Below are positions 1 through 13,300 of a stretch of DNA of 60,000 nt, piece by piece. The stretch is taken from NCBI GenBank assembly GCA_038087875.1, contig CM075992.1, positions 5,892,001 to 5,952,000 on the forward strand, read 5' to 3'. Below the pieces are notes generated by a model. The model made no database searches. It was not told the origin of the DNA and saw only the letters and a list, made by a program, of their open reading frames with translations. Source of the stretch: Malacoraja senta (Eukaryota). Both the position numbers and the translations under genes were made by a program. How positions within the stretch are numbered: the stretch's first letter is position 1; the number at the start of each line of letters is the position of its first letter.

Positions 1-449
1 CCCGCTGAGTTACTCCAGCATTTTGTGTTTATCTTCGATTTAAACCAGCATCTGCAGTCCTTTCCTACACAGACATCCAGGTAAGCAGCTCACTACTGCT
101 CCATTAGGTCCTACTCCCTCTTTGTGCCAACTCAAAGGGAAGAGTATCTTTGGAGTAATGGAGCCCTCTACATAACTTGCAAGCTCTACAAATTCAGGGT
201 TATATTCCCATTTTTGAATCAGGCGCTCACCACACCCATCTCAAAAACATACCAGTCATATGCGCAAAACACAAAGTGCTGGAGGAACTGACGTCAGGCA
301 GCATCAGCGGAGGGAATGGCCAGAACTTGTCTTCAGAGCTGAACCAGAAACATTGTGTGCCCATTCCCTCCAAAGATGCTGCCTGACCTGCTGAGTAACT
401 CCAGCACTTTGTGTTTTGCTCCTGTTTCTGCAATTCCTTGCTGTTTAAG

Positions 450-946
450 TAAGTTAATTGGCCAAGTATTCACATACAAGGAATTTGCCTTGGTGCTCCG
501 CCCACAAGTAACAACATGACATAGTGACAGTTACGAATGACTCAGTAAACACTAAACATTAATAATAATAAAACATTAATGATAAAACACCATTGATCAA
601 GCATGTGAACCAACAAAATATCAGATCAAAGGGAGCTTACAGATTTTTGGCTGTTGAGTAGAGCAACTACACGTGGATAAAAACTGTTTTTATGTCTGGC
701 TGTCGCAGCTTTGACAATCGGGAGTCGCCTTCCAGAGGGAAGTGATTCAAAGAGTTTGTGGCCAGGGTGAGTGGGGTCAGAGATGATCTTGCCCGCTCCC
801 TTCCTGGCCCTTGCAGTGTAGTTTATAAAGTAATCTTTGTAGGGTTTTCTCAGACGACACAAACACATACAAAACAGCAAGGAGCAGTACACCGTGGCCG
901 CCATCGTCGGCGCCAGCAGCAGCAGCTACACTGCAAACAAGCTAGA
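450..946 (-). mobile_element. Internally deleted Rex1/Babar-type LINE derivative
   Basis: ORF 626..904 ends in IISDPTHPGHKLFESLPSGRRL...RHKNSFYPRVVALLN, matching the C-terminus of the Rex1 copy at 35398..35712 ([22 protein letters not shown]...[15 protein letters not shown]). No RT core; boundaries approximate. Confidence 0.6.
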
Positions 947-968
947 TAAGTTTAGGTCTATTATTGCC

Positions 969-1311
969 ACATTCAAGCACTATTGAACATGTATTGAGGT
1001 ACAGAGATGTTTGTCTTGCAAGCTATCAACAAATCACATATACCATACAATAGAAGTACAATAGATGCAGCAAAGTTTAAGATACCTAAGATACCTAATA
1101 ATAGACCTAAGATACCTAATAATAGACCTAAACTTATTGGGTATTGCAAGCTCTACATTCAAGCACTATTGAACATGTATTGAGGTACAGAGATGTTTGT
1201 CTTGCAAGCTATCAACAAATCACATATACCTTACAATAGAAGTACAATAGATGCAGCAAAGTTTAAGATACCTAAGATACCTAATAATAGACCTAAACTT
1301 ATTGGGTATTG
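969..1311. repeat. Local tandem duplication of about 160-180 bp at the 5' junction of a CR1
   Basis: 969..1146 and 1155..1311 both run acattcaagcactattg...aacttattgggtattg. Copy 1 has an extra gatacctaataatagacctaa unit. Confidence 0.85.
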
Positions 1312-3652
1312 AGTAATGAGGAAGGGTTAGTTAGCAGTCTTGATGTACGTGCCCCCTTGGGCAAGAGTGACCATAATATGGTTGAGTTCTTCATTAGGAT
1401 GGAGAGTGACATTGTTAATTCAGAAACAATGGTTCTGAACTTAAAGAAAGGTAACTTTGAGGGTATGAGACGTGAATTGGCCAAGATTGACTGGCAATTA
1501 ATTCTAAAAGGGTTGACGGTGGATATGCAATGGAAGACATTTAAAGACAGCATGGATGAACTACAAAAATTGTTCATCCCAGTTTGGTAAAAGAATAAAT
1601 CAGGGAAGGTAGTGCATCCGTGGATAACAAGGGAAATCAGGGATGGTATCAAAGCGAAGGATGATGCGTACAAATTAGCCAGAAAAAGCAGCATACCGGA
1701 GGACTGGGAGAAATTCAGAGACCAGCAGAGGAGGACAAAGGGCTTAATTAGGAAAGGAAAAATAGATTATGAAAGAAAACTGGCAGGGAACATAAAAACT
1801 GACTGCAAACGTTTTTATAGATATGTGAAAAGAAAGAGATTAGTTAAAACAAATGTAGGTCCCTTGCAGTCAGAAACAGGAGAGTTGATCATGGGGAACA
1901 AGGATATGGCGGACCAATTGAATAACTACTTTGGTTCCGTCTTCACTAAGGAAGACATAAATAATTTGCCGGAAATAGCAGGGGACCGCGGATCAAAGGA
2001 GTTGGAGGAATTGAGTGAAATCCAGGTTAGTTGGGAAGTGGTGTTGGGTAAATTGAATGGATTAAAGGCCGATAAATCCCCAGGGCCAGATAGGCTGCAT
2101 CCCAGAGTACTTAAGGAAGTAGCTCTAGAAATAGTGGATGCATTAGTAATAATCTTTCAAAACTCTTTAGATTCTGGAGTAGTTCCTGAGGATTGGCGGG
2201 TAGCAAACGTAACCCCACTTTTTAAGAAGGGAGGGAGAGAGAAAACGGGGAATTACAGACCAGTTAGTCTAACATCGGTAGTGGGGAAACTGCTAGTCAG
2301 TTATTAAAGATGGGATAGCAGCACATTTGGAAAGTGGTGAAATCATTGGACAAAGTCAGCATGGATTTACGAAAGGTAAATCGTGTCTGACGAATCTTAT
2401 AGAATTTTTCGAGGATGTAACTAGTAGCGTGGATAGGGGAGAACCAGTGGATGTGGTGTATCTGGACTTCCAGATGTCTTTCGACAAGGTCCCACATAAG
2501 AGATTAGTATACAAACTTAAAGCACATGGCATTGGGGGTTCAGTATTGATGTGGATAGAGAACTGGCTGGCAAACAGGAAGCAAAGAGTAGGAGTAAACG
2601 GGTCCTTTTCACAATGGCAGGCAGTGACTAGTGGGGTACCGCAAGGCTCAGTGCTGGGGCCCCAGCTATTTACAATATATATTAATGATCTGGATGAGGG
2701 AATTGAAGGCAATATCTCCAAGTTTGCAGATGACACTAAGCTGGGGGGCAGTGTTAGCTGTGAGGAGGATGCTAGGAGACTGCAAGGTGACTTGGATAGG
2801 CTTGGTGAGTGGGCAAATGTTTGGCAGATGCAGTATAATGTGCATAAATGTGAGGTTATCCATTTTGGTGGCAAAAACAGGAAAGCAGAGTATTATCTAA
2901 ATGGTGGCCGACTAGGAAAAGGGGAGATGCAGCGAGACCTGGGTGTCATGGTACACCAGTCATTGAAAGTAGGCATGCAGGTGCAGCAGGCAGTGAAGAA
3001 AGCGAATGGTATGTTAGCTTTCATAGCAAAAGGATTTGAGTATAGGAGCAGGGAGGTTCTACTGCAGTTGTACAGTGTCTTGGTGAGACCACACCTGGAG
3101 TATTGCGTACAGTTTTGGTCTCCAAATCTGAGGAAGGACATTATTGCCATAGAGGGAGTGCAGAGAAGGTTCACCAGACTGATTCCTGGGATGTCAGGAC
3201 TGTCTTATGAAGAAAGACTGGATAGACTTGGTTTATACTCTCTAGAATTTAGGAGATTGAGAGGGGATCTTATAGAAACTTACAAAATTCTTAAGGGGTT
3301 GGACAGGCTAGATGCAGGAAGATTGCTCCCGATGTTGGGGAAGTCCAGGACAAGGGGTCACAGCTTAAGGATAAGGGGGAAATCCTTTAAAACCGAGATG
3401 AGAAGAACTTTTTTCACACAGAGAGTGGTGAATCTCTGGAACTCTCTGCCACAGAGGGTAGTCGAGGCCAGTTCATTGGCTATATTTAAGAGGGAGTTAG
3501 ATGTGGCCCTTGTGGCTAAAGGGATCAGAGGGTATGGAGAGAAGGCAGGTACGGGATACTGAGTTGGATGATCAGCCATGATCATATTGAATGGCGGTGC
3601 AGACTCAAAGGGTCGAATGGCCTACTCCTGCACCTAATTTCTATGTTTCTAT
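1302..3652 (+). mobile_element. CR1 LINE, 5'-truncated ORF2 (end of endonuclease plus RT), disrupted
   Basis: Motifs [42 protein letters not shown] and a ctatgttt tail. Stop at 1588-1590 and a 2-bp deletion near 2296 relative to the copy at 24808-26238. Confidence 0.95.
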
Positions 3653-4257
3653 ACAGAGTACAGAATAGATGTCAATCATATATGCAGTTACCCAAACAGG
3701 GCAGAGCTAATTTTGCATCCGCAAATTAAAAATGAAAATTAAAAAAAAAAAGTACAAACGTTGTAAATCTTAAATGAATGCATAACACTCAGTATGTGTA
3801 GGAATGGAGATGCTGGTTTAAACCGAAGATAGACACAAAAAGCTGGAGTAACTCAGCATCACTGGAGAAAATAGGTGACGTTTCGGGTCGAGACCCTTCT
3901 TCTGACTGCCTCAGTAGTTCGGGCAGCATCTGTGGGAAATTAGTTAACGTTTCAGGCTGGAAACCCAAGGTTCACTGTTTCTTTTCCTTCAGATGCGCCT
4001 GACCTGCCGAGTGTTCCCAACACCGCCCGCCACGGGCGCGCATCATGGCGAGGACAGGAGCGCGCGTGCACGCGCAATGGGAAGAGCGCGTGCACGTGCA
4101 TGCGAAGCTCGCGCCCGATCGTGCTCCATCCGCTGGACTGGCACCATTTTGTTAGGGAGAGGGCGGGGATAAGCCTTGCTGCCGCCGTTCAGATTGGGCC
4201 GGACAGTGAGGGAGCAGAGGCATCTGCTCCCGACTGCTGGGGCGGCAGAGATAGGGT

Positions 4258-4450
4258 TGGTGGCGCAGCGGTAGAGTTGCTGCCTCACAGCGCCAGCGAC
4301 CAGGTTTCAATGCCGACTACGGGTGCTGTCTGTATCATACAGTGTATGGTGTTTGAATAGTCTCCTCGTGAGAACCCTGCGTGGATTTTCTCTGGGTGCT
4401 CGTTTCCCTCTCACACACCAAAGATGTCCCTAGTGTGTGTAGAATAGTGT
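4258..4450 (+). mobile_element. tRNA-derived SINE (HE1/V-SINE-like); further copies near 7610, 33330-33600 (-), 45300, 48225, 49975, 50210
   Basis: A-box-like tggcgcagcggtagag, degenerate B-box-like ggtttcaatgcc, and a body gtgg(g/a)ttttctc...gggtgctc repeated across the window. Confidence 0.75.
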
Positions 4451-4899
4451 AAGAAGGAACTGCAGATGCTGGAGGAAGCTGGGTCTCGACCCGAAACGTC
4501 ACCCATTCCTCCTCTCCAGAGATGCCGCCTGTCCCGCTGAGTTACTCCAGCTTTTTGTGTCTATCTTAGGTTTGTAGGCTAATTGGCTTTCGTAGAATAG
4601 TCCCCAGTGTGTGTGTAGGAAGGAACTGCAGATGCTGGTTTATTGAAACCCAGGAATAAATTGGAAGCAAGAGGAAAGCGGCCACTTGGTTAGTGAAAGA
4701 ACCAATTCAAGACATCCCCATCTTCAATCTTGTATCTCTAAACTGAGCTACGTTCACGGAGTCAGAAGGGTATCGACCCGCAACGTCACCCATTCCTTCT
4801 CTCTGGAGATGCTGCCTGTCCCGCTGAGTTACTCCAGCATTTTGTGTCTTTCTTACGTTTACGGACAGTCGGTCCGCAGTGCGATGGTTGCGATGGAGA

Positions 4900-5430
4900 A
4901 AAGGCGGATGAGGGGATGACCGGCCGGAGGCGGCTTGGGTCAAAGTGGGAGGCCTCGACTACCCGTGCAACCTAACCTAGACCCGCCGTTGAGTGACGTG
5001 AGCAGCAGCCAATCATGTGGCAGGAGTCCGCCCACCGACGGGCTCTTCAGCCAATCACCTCGGGAGGGGGCGGGCGGCAGCAGCAGGTTTGGTTGTTTTT
5101 CCGCTGCTTGATGCGAACCATCTCCCTCCCCTCAGGTAAAAAAAAACCACACGCACTCCAGTACCGCGACGACAATCTCTCTTTCCAAACGCACGGCGGC
5201 CACATTGAGGAGGGATATATGGAGATCAAACCTTCCGTGGCGCTTGTGGAGCCGCGCTGGACTGACCTGAATAACGACCGTCCATGTTGCTTCGGAGAGA
5301 AGTCCACCGCCGCGACCAGCGAGCTTCCACTCACCCGGATGTACCCCCGCCCGCTGCCGCCCATTGGTCGGGCCCGAGGTGTGTGGGCGGGCCTTAGGGG
5401 CGCAGCGCCAATCCTGATTAGCCATAATTA
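4900..5430 (-). promoter_or_regulatory. CpG-rich promoter and first-exon region of paralog A
   Basis: CpG-dense, CCAAT/ATTGG boxes near 5009, 5051, 5363 and 5408, GC boxes, surrounds the 19-nt first coding exon. Confidence 0.65.
5267..5285 (-). CDS. AKAP8-family paralog A, coding exon 1 (MDGRYS-); rest of gene presumed left of the window
   Basis: ATG GAC GGT CGT TAT TCA G|gtcagt: same 19-nt length and phase as exon 1 of B (MDGRYG) and C (MDSWYS), inside a CpG island. No exon 2 found in 1..5266. Confidence 0.65.
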
Positions 5431-5469
5431 ACGTCAATCATTCCCCCCCCCTAACGACTGTAACCATGG

Positions 5470-6415
5470 ATGGGAGTCTATATTGGAGGTTCCCCTCCTC
5501 CACCATAGATGAGGCTCGCACCAGGGTCTCTGCCATACCCCGCAACACTGCTCTCTCTCCCCATCCCCCCACTCACAACAAAGGCAGAGTCCCCCTAGTC
5601 CTCACCTTTCACCCCACCAGCCGTCACATACAACAAGTGATCCTCCGTCAGTTTCGCCACCTCCAACGTGACCCCACCACTCGCCACATCTTCCCATCTC
5701 CCCCTATGTCTGCCTTCCGCAAAGACCGCTCACTCCGTAACTCCCTTGTCAATTCTTCCCTTCCCTCCCATACCACCCCCTCCCCTGGTACTTTCCCTTG
5801 CAACCGCAAGAGATGCAACACTTGTCCCTTCACTTCCCCCCTCCACTCCATTCCAGGACCCAAGCAGTCGTTCCAGGTGCGACAGAGGTTCACCTGCATC
5901 TCCTCCAACCTCATCTATTGCATTCGCTGCTCTAGATGCCAGCTGATCTACATCGGTGAGACCAAGCGGAGGCTTGGCGATCGTTTCGCCGAACACCTCC
6001 GGTCGGTCCGCAATAACCAACCTGAACTCCCGGTGGCTCAGCACTTCAACTCCCCCTCCCATTCCGTATCTGACCTCTCTGTCCTGGGTCTCCTCCATGG
6101 CCACAGCGAGCAACACCGTAAATTGGAGGAAATGCACCTCATATTCCGCTTGGGCAGTCTACATCCTGGTGGCCTGAACGTTGAATTCTCCCAATTCTGC
6201 TAGCCCTGGCTGTCCCCTCCCCTTCATCAGCCATCTGGTTGTCTCCTCCCCTCCCCCAGCCCTCGGGCTCCTCCTCCTCCTTTTCCTTTTTTCCTTTCTT
6301 CTCCCCACCCCCTATCAGTCTGAAGAAGGGTTTCGGCCCGAAACGTTACCTATTTCCTTCGCTCCATAGATGCTGCTGCACCCGCTGAGTTTCTCCAGCA
6401 TTTTTGTGTACCTTG
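5470..6415 (+). mobile_element. Penelope-like element 3' part (GIY-YIG endonuclease plus pLTR)
   Basis: ORF 5466..6203 has [30 protein letters not shown] and ends GGLNVEF; followed by pLTR with ctgaagaagggtttcggcccgaaacgtt at 6320-6347. Confidence 0.92.
6320..6347 (+). ncRNA. Minimal type-I hammerhead ribozyme core (putative) in Penelope pLTR
   Basis: CUGAAGA-(A)-GGGU UUCG GCCC-GAAA-CG-UU: both conserved core boxes, UUCG-capped stem II, palindromic stem III. Stem I is very short. Confidence 0.6.
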
Positions 6416-6419
6416 GAGA

Positions 6420-6625
6420 TAGACACAATGTGCTGGAGTAACTCAGCGGGCCAGGCAGCATCTCTGGCCCTAGACACAAAGTGCTGGAGTAACTCAGTGG
6501 GTCAGGCAGCATCTCTGGCCCTAGACACAAAGTGCTGGAGTAACTCAATGGGTCAGGCAGCATCTCTGGCGATAGACATAAATTGCTGGATTAACTCAGC
6601 GGGTCAGGCAGCATTTTTGGAGATA
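6420..6625. repeat. 51-bp tandem array (about 4 units) derived from the pLTR
   Basis: Unit tagacacaaagtgctggagtaactcagcgggtcaggcagcatctctggccc starting near 6420, 6471, 6522 and 6573. Confidence 0.85.
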
Positions 6626-9581
6626 GGAACGGGACAGGCAGCACCTCTTGAGAGAAGGAATGGAGGATGTTTTGGGCCGAGACCCTTCTTCAGACTGAGA
6701 GTCAGGGTAGGGGCATTAGATACATGGATGAGTACGGTGTGAAAACGACAGATCAAAGCAGACAATGGTTACGGAAATGTAGAATGGTTTAATTTTACAT
6801 CAGGGGAAGGTGACAAAGCATACAATCTGCAAAATTAATCAGGACAGTTAAACCAGTCAGAGAATTAGGGGAGGGGGGGGGGGGAACAGACAGAGGGAAA
6901 TCAATAGTTGCTTGAAGTTAAGAGAAATCAATATTCATCCCACTGGGTTGTAAGCTGCCTAAGCATTATTATAACCGATATTACCTGATTGGGAGCGTTT
7001 AACTTTGTTGAGTGCGATGGTGCGGCTACTGGACATTTATTTATTTCATTGAGTAGGTTTATTTATTGTCAAGTGAAAAGCTTTTGTTGCGTGCTAATTT
7101 GGAAAGACAATTCCAATCGAGCCATTCAGTGTAGATCCATGATAAAGGGAATAACGTTTAGTGCGAGATAAAGCCAGTAAAGTCCGATCAAAGATAGTCA
7201 AATGTTTCCAATGAGGTAGATAGTAGTTCAGGACCGCTCTTTAGTTCTACAGCCTATGCTCCAACTTTCCCTTTTGTAATGCTAAATTTAAAATCATAAG
7301 TGAACCCATTTCTTCGGATTGGATCTCATTATGTTGGACGGGAATTTAAATTCCTGCGTAAATCATTTAAAAGCTTATTTCCCCCCCTGAATTTCCAGGA
7401 TCTGCAGTTTTATTTGGCTTCTAAATTTGGAATATAGAATATTGGAATACAGCTTAAGGGAGAGTTGGACTTTCATGTCATAAATTGTGGATACATTTCC
7501 CTAGGTTATAGTATCTATTCTAAAAAGTGTGTAACATCTGCAGGATATCCAACACTCTTGGCACACTCCACACATTAAGCAGGTCCTGGCAATTAGTCTG
7601 CCATTTGTGGGCGGCAGTAATGCAGCAGTAGAACTGCTGCCTGACAGCACCAGAGACCTGGATTTGATTCAGACCTTGGGTACTGTGTAGTTTGCATATT
7701 CTCTTTGATCACGTGGGTTTTCTTCGGGTGCTCTGGTTTTCTCCAACGTTCCCATGTGAGTAGGTGATTGGTATGGGCCTAAGGGCCCGTTTCCACTATC
7801 TGCAATTATCCAATTCATTCCAATTTAGGCAGGTTGATTTATACAAAGTGTAATGCATTAATTACCATACGATAAGCCTCAAAGCTGGTTCCTTACAAAT
7901 CTCTTGGGTCTCGACCAAAAACGTCACCCGGTCCTTCTCTCCAGAGATGGTGTCTGTCCCGCTGAGTTACTCCAGCTTTTTGTGTCTATCCCCAAAAAGA
8001 CATGCTCCTTTTGGTTATAAATGAGTGTTCACAATTTAGTCCACTGTTGATGAATGCGTTCTAATGCAAATTTGTCCAAAATATCCAGAGAAACTTGACA
8101 GCCGAGTCAGTCAGCCCCCTTCTTCAGACATGAAGCATCACCTGTCCATTCTCTCCATAGATGCTGCATGAGCTCTAGCAATTTGTATGTTTGGGTAAAG
8201 ATTTCAGCATCTGCAGTCTCTTGTGTCTCCATTTCAGTATTTGGAGGGACATCATTGAGACCATAGTTGGAATATGGTGCACAATACTAGTCTTTATCTA
8301 GCAAAGAATGTTAATACATTGGATGCAGTTCAGAGAAAGTTTTCTGGAGTACACCCTGAATGAGTGGATTGTCTAATGAGCAAAGTTGGACAGCACTGGA
8401 ATTTGGAAGAGAGGCAACTAGCTTAACACATAAGATGCTAAGTGGGCTTCTTAGAGTGAATGTGGAAAGAACATTCTCTCAGTGGGAGAATTCAATACAA
8501 ACAGTTACTGTTTAATGACTTGCCCATTTGTGGAGAGGAAACATTTTGTTCTTTGTCTGATGGAGTCTTTGGCACTCACTTCCTCAAACTGCACTCAAAC
8601 CACTCTTTGAAACGATTCAAGGCAGAGGTAACTGGATATTTGATACACAAAAGGGTGAAAGGCTATTGTGGGTGGAGAGGAACATGAAGTAAGGTGACAA
8701 TCAAGTCAGCCACAATCTTATTAAAGAATGAAGCAGTTTGAGGGGGCAATTGGATAACTCCTGCTGATAATTTGATTGCTTATATCTTCAGTTGCTGAGC
8801 AAGTCACAGGTCAGATTTGCCTTTAAACAATTGTGTTTGTTAAAGCCAGACTGTTGGGATATTCAGTAGCCAGACAACATTGCGAAGGGAGTAGATGTTG
8901 TTTCAGACAGATTGACTTCCATTTCTAACAGATGCTTTCCAATTAGGTGAACTGTACAGTAAATGAAACTAGATACTGCGTGATCAGTTTTGCAGATATG
9001 GTGCATCTATACGAGGCGTGGTCTCAAGTAGGTGACATCTGTCAGCAAGGATCCCTATCATCCACTCTTCCCGCTACCATCTGGCAGATAAACCTGATGT
9101 CGCACAACACCGGGTTCAGGAACACCTGCTTTCCTTCAACTATCTGGTTCTTGAACAAACCCACACAATCCTACTCCTACCTTGACAAAGGAACACTACA
9201 GACTACATCATGCACCACCACAGACTTGCTCTTTTTGTTTACCTTATTGTGATTTGCAATAATGTATTGTTCTTTTGCAATCTTTTTTCTGCCTCTCAGA
9301 ATTTTGTGAAATTTCTGTATGATTGCTGTACAATTTATGTTTTTGTACTGATCAAATAAGAGATATGGACCAAATAGTGCTTTTGGATTACTGACCAAAA
9401 ACTATCCCACATGAACTGCCCAACTGTAACAATATACTTCCAATTTCGTACCACACTCTCATCATCATCTTGTTCTCCAAAACAAGACAATAATTAAAAA
9501 AATTAGATTGTCATGGTTGACAGTGCCAACGTGGTCTGCAACCTAACAAATTAACACATTAGTCCAATTATAGAAAGAATG

Positions 9582-9587
9582 TTTATT
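9582..9587 (-). terminator. Candidate polyadenylation signal of paralog B
   Basis: AATAAA on the minus strand about 250 nt after the stop codon at 9837. Confidence 0.5.
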
Positions 9588-9836
9588 GTAAAATGTTCCA
9601 CACAAAGGTTCAGGAGAGATTACGGTCTACATCATTGTGAAAAGCCATTCAGCACAGTACACAGGGAGCATTTACTAGACTTTTGAAACTATGGAACAAT
9701 CAGCTGGAACTTAAGTACAGCAATAACAAATCTACCTGCAAGTCAAACAAAGAGTAACGTTAAAACTAATACAAGCTTCAGAGAATGACAGGGGAACATA
9801 ATCATCTGTCCACATTTTTCAGGAAGTTAGGCTAAA

Positions 9837-10307
9837 TTACTCTAATTCTGTATCAAATGGCAATGGATCATCCTCTCCCTCCAGAATCTTATCTTCATCA
9901 GCTTCAAGACATTCCTCAGGGTCCTTGCTTTCAATAGCATCATCATCTGCGTCGCCCAAGTCTTTGTCTTCAGGGTCTCCTTCTGCCACCTCCATTTCGT
10001 CATCCACAGTATTATTTGGTTCCTCAGATGCATCTATTCCTTCCCCTGCAGTGTTTTCTTCTCCATCTTCACCGCCCTCTCCTTCATTCTCTCCCTTCAC
10101 ACCTTCTACCCCTGCCTCGCCACCTTCTCCCTCCTTGGTTTCCTCTCCCCCTTCGCCCTCCACCCCTTCTCCCTCACCACCTTCTTTCTTCTCACCATCA
10201 TTGGTACTGTCATTGAGCCCATCACCCTCGCCATCACCTTCACCCTCATGCATTGCACCCTCTTCTTCATCTTTGTCATCTGGATCATCAGTGAATGGTT
10301 TTTCTCC
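9837..10307 (-). CDS. AKAP8L: Paralog B exon 13 (GEKPFTDD... acidic E/G/D tail, stop)
   Basis: ttttcacag|GGA GAA AAA CCA TTC; in frame with ORF 9837..10352. Confidence 0.9.
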   Translation of the reverse strand, partial: GEKPFTDDPDDKDEEEGAMHEGEGDGEGDGLNDSTNDGEKKEGGEGEGVEGEGGEETKEGEGGEAGVEGVKGENEGEGGEDGEENTAGEGIDASEEPNNTVDDEMEVAEGDPEDKDLGDADDDAIESKDPEECLEADEDKILEGEDDPLPFDTELE

Positions 10308-13300
10308 CTGTGAAAAGAAGAGCAAAATTAAGTACGAATGACTGGCAAACAAAATTACCCGCAGTGGGTGTAATCCTGAGAGTAACGCTTCATTATGCTT
10401 TTAAAAGAGTCATTACTTTATTCCCTCCAGCCAAGGGACAGAGTAAGGAATTCTCTACCTTAGTCTACTTTCAAAGAGGGCATCAAGAAATGAAAGCTCA
10501 TTTCAGAATGAGTCTCATTCACATAAACAAAATCTAACATTACTTGAAGCACCTTTGCCCCAGCCATTTCAAAATTAGTGTCAATGTCAAAACAAAAAGC
10601 AGAAACAAAAGGAATATAGAAGTTTAGTTTAAGGGAACAGTACTCAATGTTAGACCCAAAATGTTGGGGTAATTCAGCCGGACAGGCAGCATCCCCGGAG
10701 AGAAGGAATGGGTGACGTTTTGGGTCGAGACCCTCCTTCGGATTGAGAGTCATACTCAGTCTGAAGGGTCTCGTCCCAGAACGTCTCATTGCTTCTCTCC
10801 AGAGAACCTGCCTGTCCCTCTGAGTTACTACAGCATTTTGTGTCTATCTTCGGTGTAAACCAGCATAAAGTCATAGTGATAGTGTGGAAACAGGCCTTTC
10901 GGTTCAACTTGCCCACACTGGCGAACATGTCCCAGCTACACTTGTCCCACCTGCCAGCATTTGGTCTATATCCAGTCTTATCCATGTAGCTGACCAGCTG
11001 CTTCTTAAATGTTGGGATAATCCGTGCCTCTACCTCCTCTGGCAGCTTGATCCATGCATCCACCATCCTTCGTGTGAAAAAGTTACTCCTCAGATACCTA
11101 TTAAACCTCATACACCTCTATAAGATCACTCCCTCATCCTCCTGCGCTCCAAGGAATAGAGTCCCAGCCTACTCAACTTCTGCCTATAGCGCAAACCCTC
11201 TAGTCCTAGCAACATCCTCATAAATCTTCTCTACCCGTTCCAGCTTGACAGCATATTTCCTATAACACAGTGCCCAGAACTGAACACAATACTCTAAATG
11301 TGGCCTCACCAATGTCTTATACTACTGCAACATGACATCCCAACTTCTATCCTCAATACTGTGGCTGATGAATGCCAATTTGCTAAACGCCTTTTTGACC
11401 ACCCGATTTACCTGCGACTCCACCTTCAGGAACCATGCACCTGCACTACTAGATCCCTCTGCTCTACAACATTACCCAGAACCCTACCATTCACTGTGTA
11501 GATCCTGCCCATGTTAAGACTTCCCAAAATGTAACCTTATTTTTCTGCATTAAATTCCTTCAACCATTCCTCCGCCCACTTGGTCAATGGATTAAGATCA
11601 TGCTGCATTTTTTCACAACCATCTTCACTATATGCAAAACCACCCACTTTTGTCTCATCTGCAAACTTGCTAATCTTGCCATATATGTTCTTTTCCAAAT
11701 TATTGATATAGATGACAAACAGTAACTGGCCCAGCACCGAACCCACCACTAGTCACAGGCTTCCAGTCCGAGAAGCAACCTTCCATCATCACTCTCTGCT
11801 TCCTTCCATGAAGCTAATTTTCTGTCAATCAGCAGTTCCTTCCTTTACCGCACTCAATGATAACTAGTTATTGGGATTTTGTGTCAGAACTTTGTCCCAG
11901 GTCAAACAGGAATGGACAATGAGAAAATTAATTTCTCCCTGGCCCCAAAACCGTTGATTCGGGAAATCAATTGCACTTAAAGAAAATAACAATTCTTACT
12001 TTAACATATTTCTCCAGCATTGTTGCAATGTTGCTGTTGTTCAGGATGCTCTTAGCAATAACCAGGCTACCCTTTTTGGCTCTCTCAAGAGCAATCTAGA
12101 AAGGAGTTCAAAAATACAGCATTAACATTGTCTAAAAGTGACAATACATGGAGATATTAGAGCATAGACTCAATGGGCCAAACAGTTTTGCTCCAAGTGG
12201 TGTTGAAATTGTTCCACTTACTTTGCGGTTCCTGGTGTGCTCAGCTGACCTTAAATGTTGTGCAATGAAGCCAGTCTGCATTGGGATGAAGAGATCACAG
12301 GCCATACAATGAGCCGCCTCCACCTTTTTCATGCACTGCTCCATACCAATACCTACAGCAGAACTCAGAATCAGTGATGGCAAAAAAAATTGATTAATGA
12401 ATCCTCCAGCCAAACTATGTCCACTTTATGAGAAGCAATGTATTAATGTTGTAGAGACAATAATGCTTGACGTTTTGAAATCAATGACCTTTTTCATAAC
12501 AGCAAGGTGATCCACCTGATATATTAATTTTGTTTTCTTCACAGCCTGACTTACTGAAGACTGAGCATCAGATTTCCAGAATGTTCAATATTTTGCATTT
12601 GGATCTACTGCTGGTTGGTTTTGGCTTAGTTACAAGAATTAAAATAAACCCAGTTCTAACACCAATTGTAAAATTCTACCTAGTACACCAGACTTGCCAG
12701 AATCCAAAGCTGATATTTGTAAAGTTTTAACTTAATAAGTTTGGCATTTCTTTAAGCCTCGTGATTGTAAAGGGCATTCAGGCCCAATAATGGAATCAAA
12801 CACTGTGGCGTGTCCTCTGCTATGCCCAGGCTATAGTTTTGCCTTTGGATCATTAACGTGGAGGTAGACACATTTGATATATTGACAAATAGCAGGGTAT
12901 AGAAAAGTGCACTGAAGAGGAAATCAGGCTAAAATATCATCCACAATCATTAAATGGTAGGACATGTTTGAAGGCCCTGATGGTCATCCAGGGATATTTT
13001 CATGAGTTTATAAAAATATACTGTACCTTTCCTGCGTTCACAGATAGCTTACTAAATACATCAATGTAAGAAATCGGGTAAATAATTGCAGGGGAAAAAT
13101 GATCAAAACATAACTAATTTATACTGTTCAAAGGTAATTTAAATGAAATTAAACAAATACAAAAAGCTGTTTTAGTTTCCTGCGTACCCTGAAGCACATC
13201 ATGTTGCTGCGTCAGTTGCTTCTTTAGAATAGTTTCATCTCCTATCTGCTCTCGACGTTTCTGCGTCTTTTTGTTCTTGTTTGAAATGTATTCCTGAAAC

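Noticed and set aside
2356..3585. Antisense and alternate-frame ORFs over CR1 copies (also 25293-26111, 37577-38344)
   Set aside because: Shadows of the RT frame; they recur only because the element is repeated.
4258..4330. tRNA gene
   Set aside because: The tRNA-like head runs into a dispersed SINE body and does not form a full cloverleaf.
4900..5430. CpG island as the promoter of an unrelated neighbour such as BRD4; alternative donor GTGAGT near 5334
   Set aside because: No coding evidence for another gene. The MDGRYS micro-exon and shared intron-1 motif point to an AKAP8 paralog. The 5334 donor has no visible partner exon.
6420..6625. CRISPR-like array (also 41620-41995 and 30040-30220)
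   Set aside because: Head-to-tail units without unique spacers, derived from transposon sequence, in a eukaryotic locus with no cas genes.
9925..10341. Ser/Pro-rich 138-aa ORF on the plus strand
   Set aside because: Antisense of the GAA/GGA-rich acidic last exon of paralog B.
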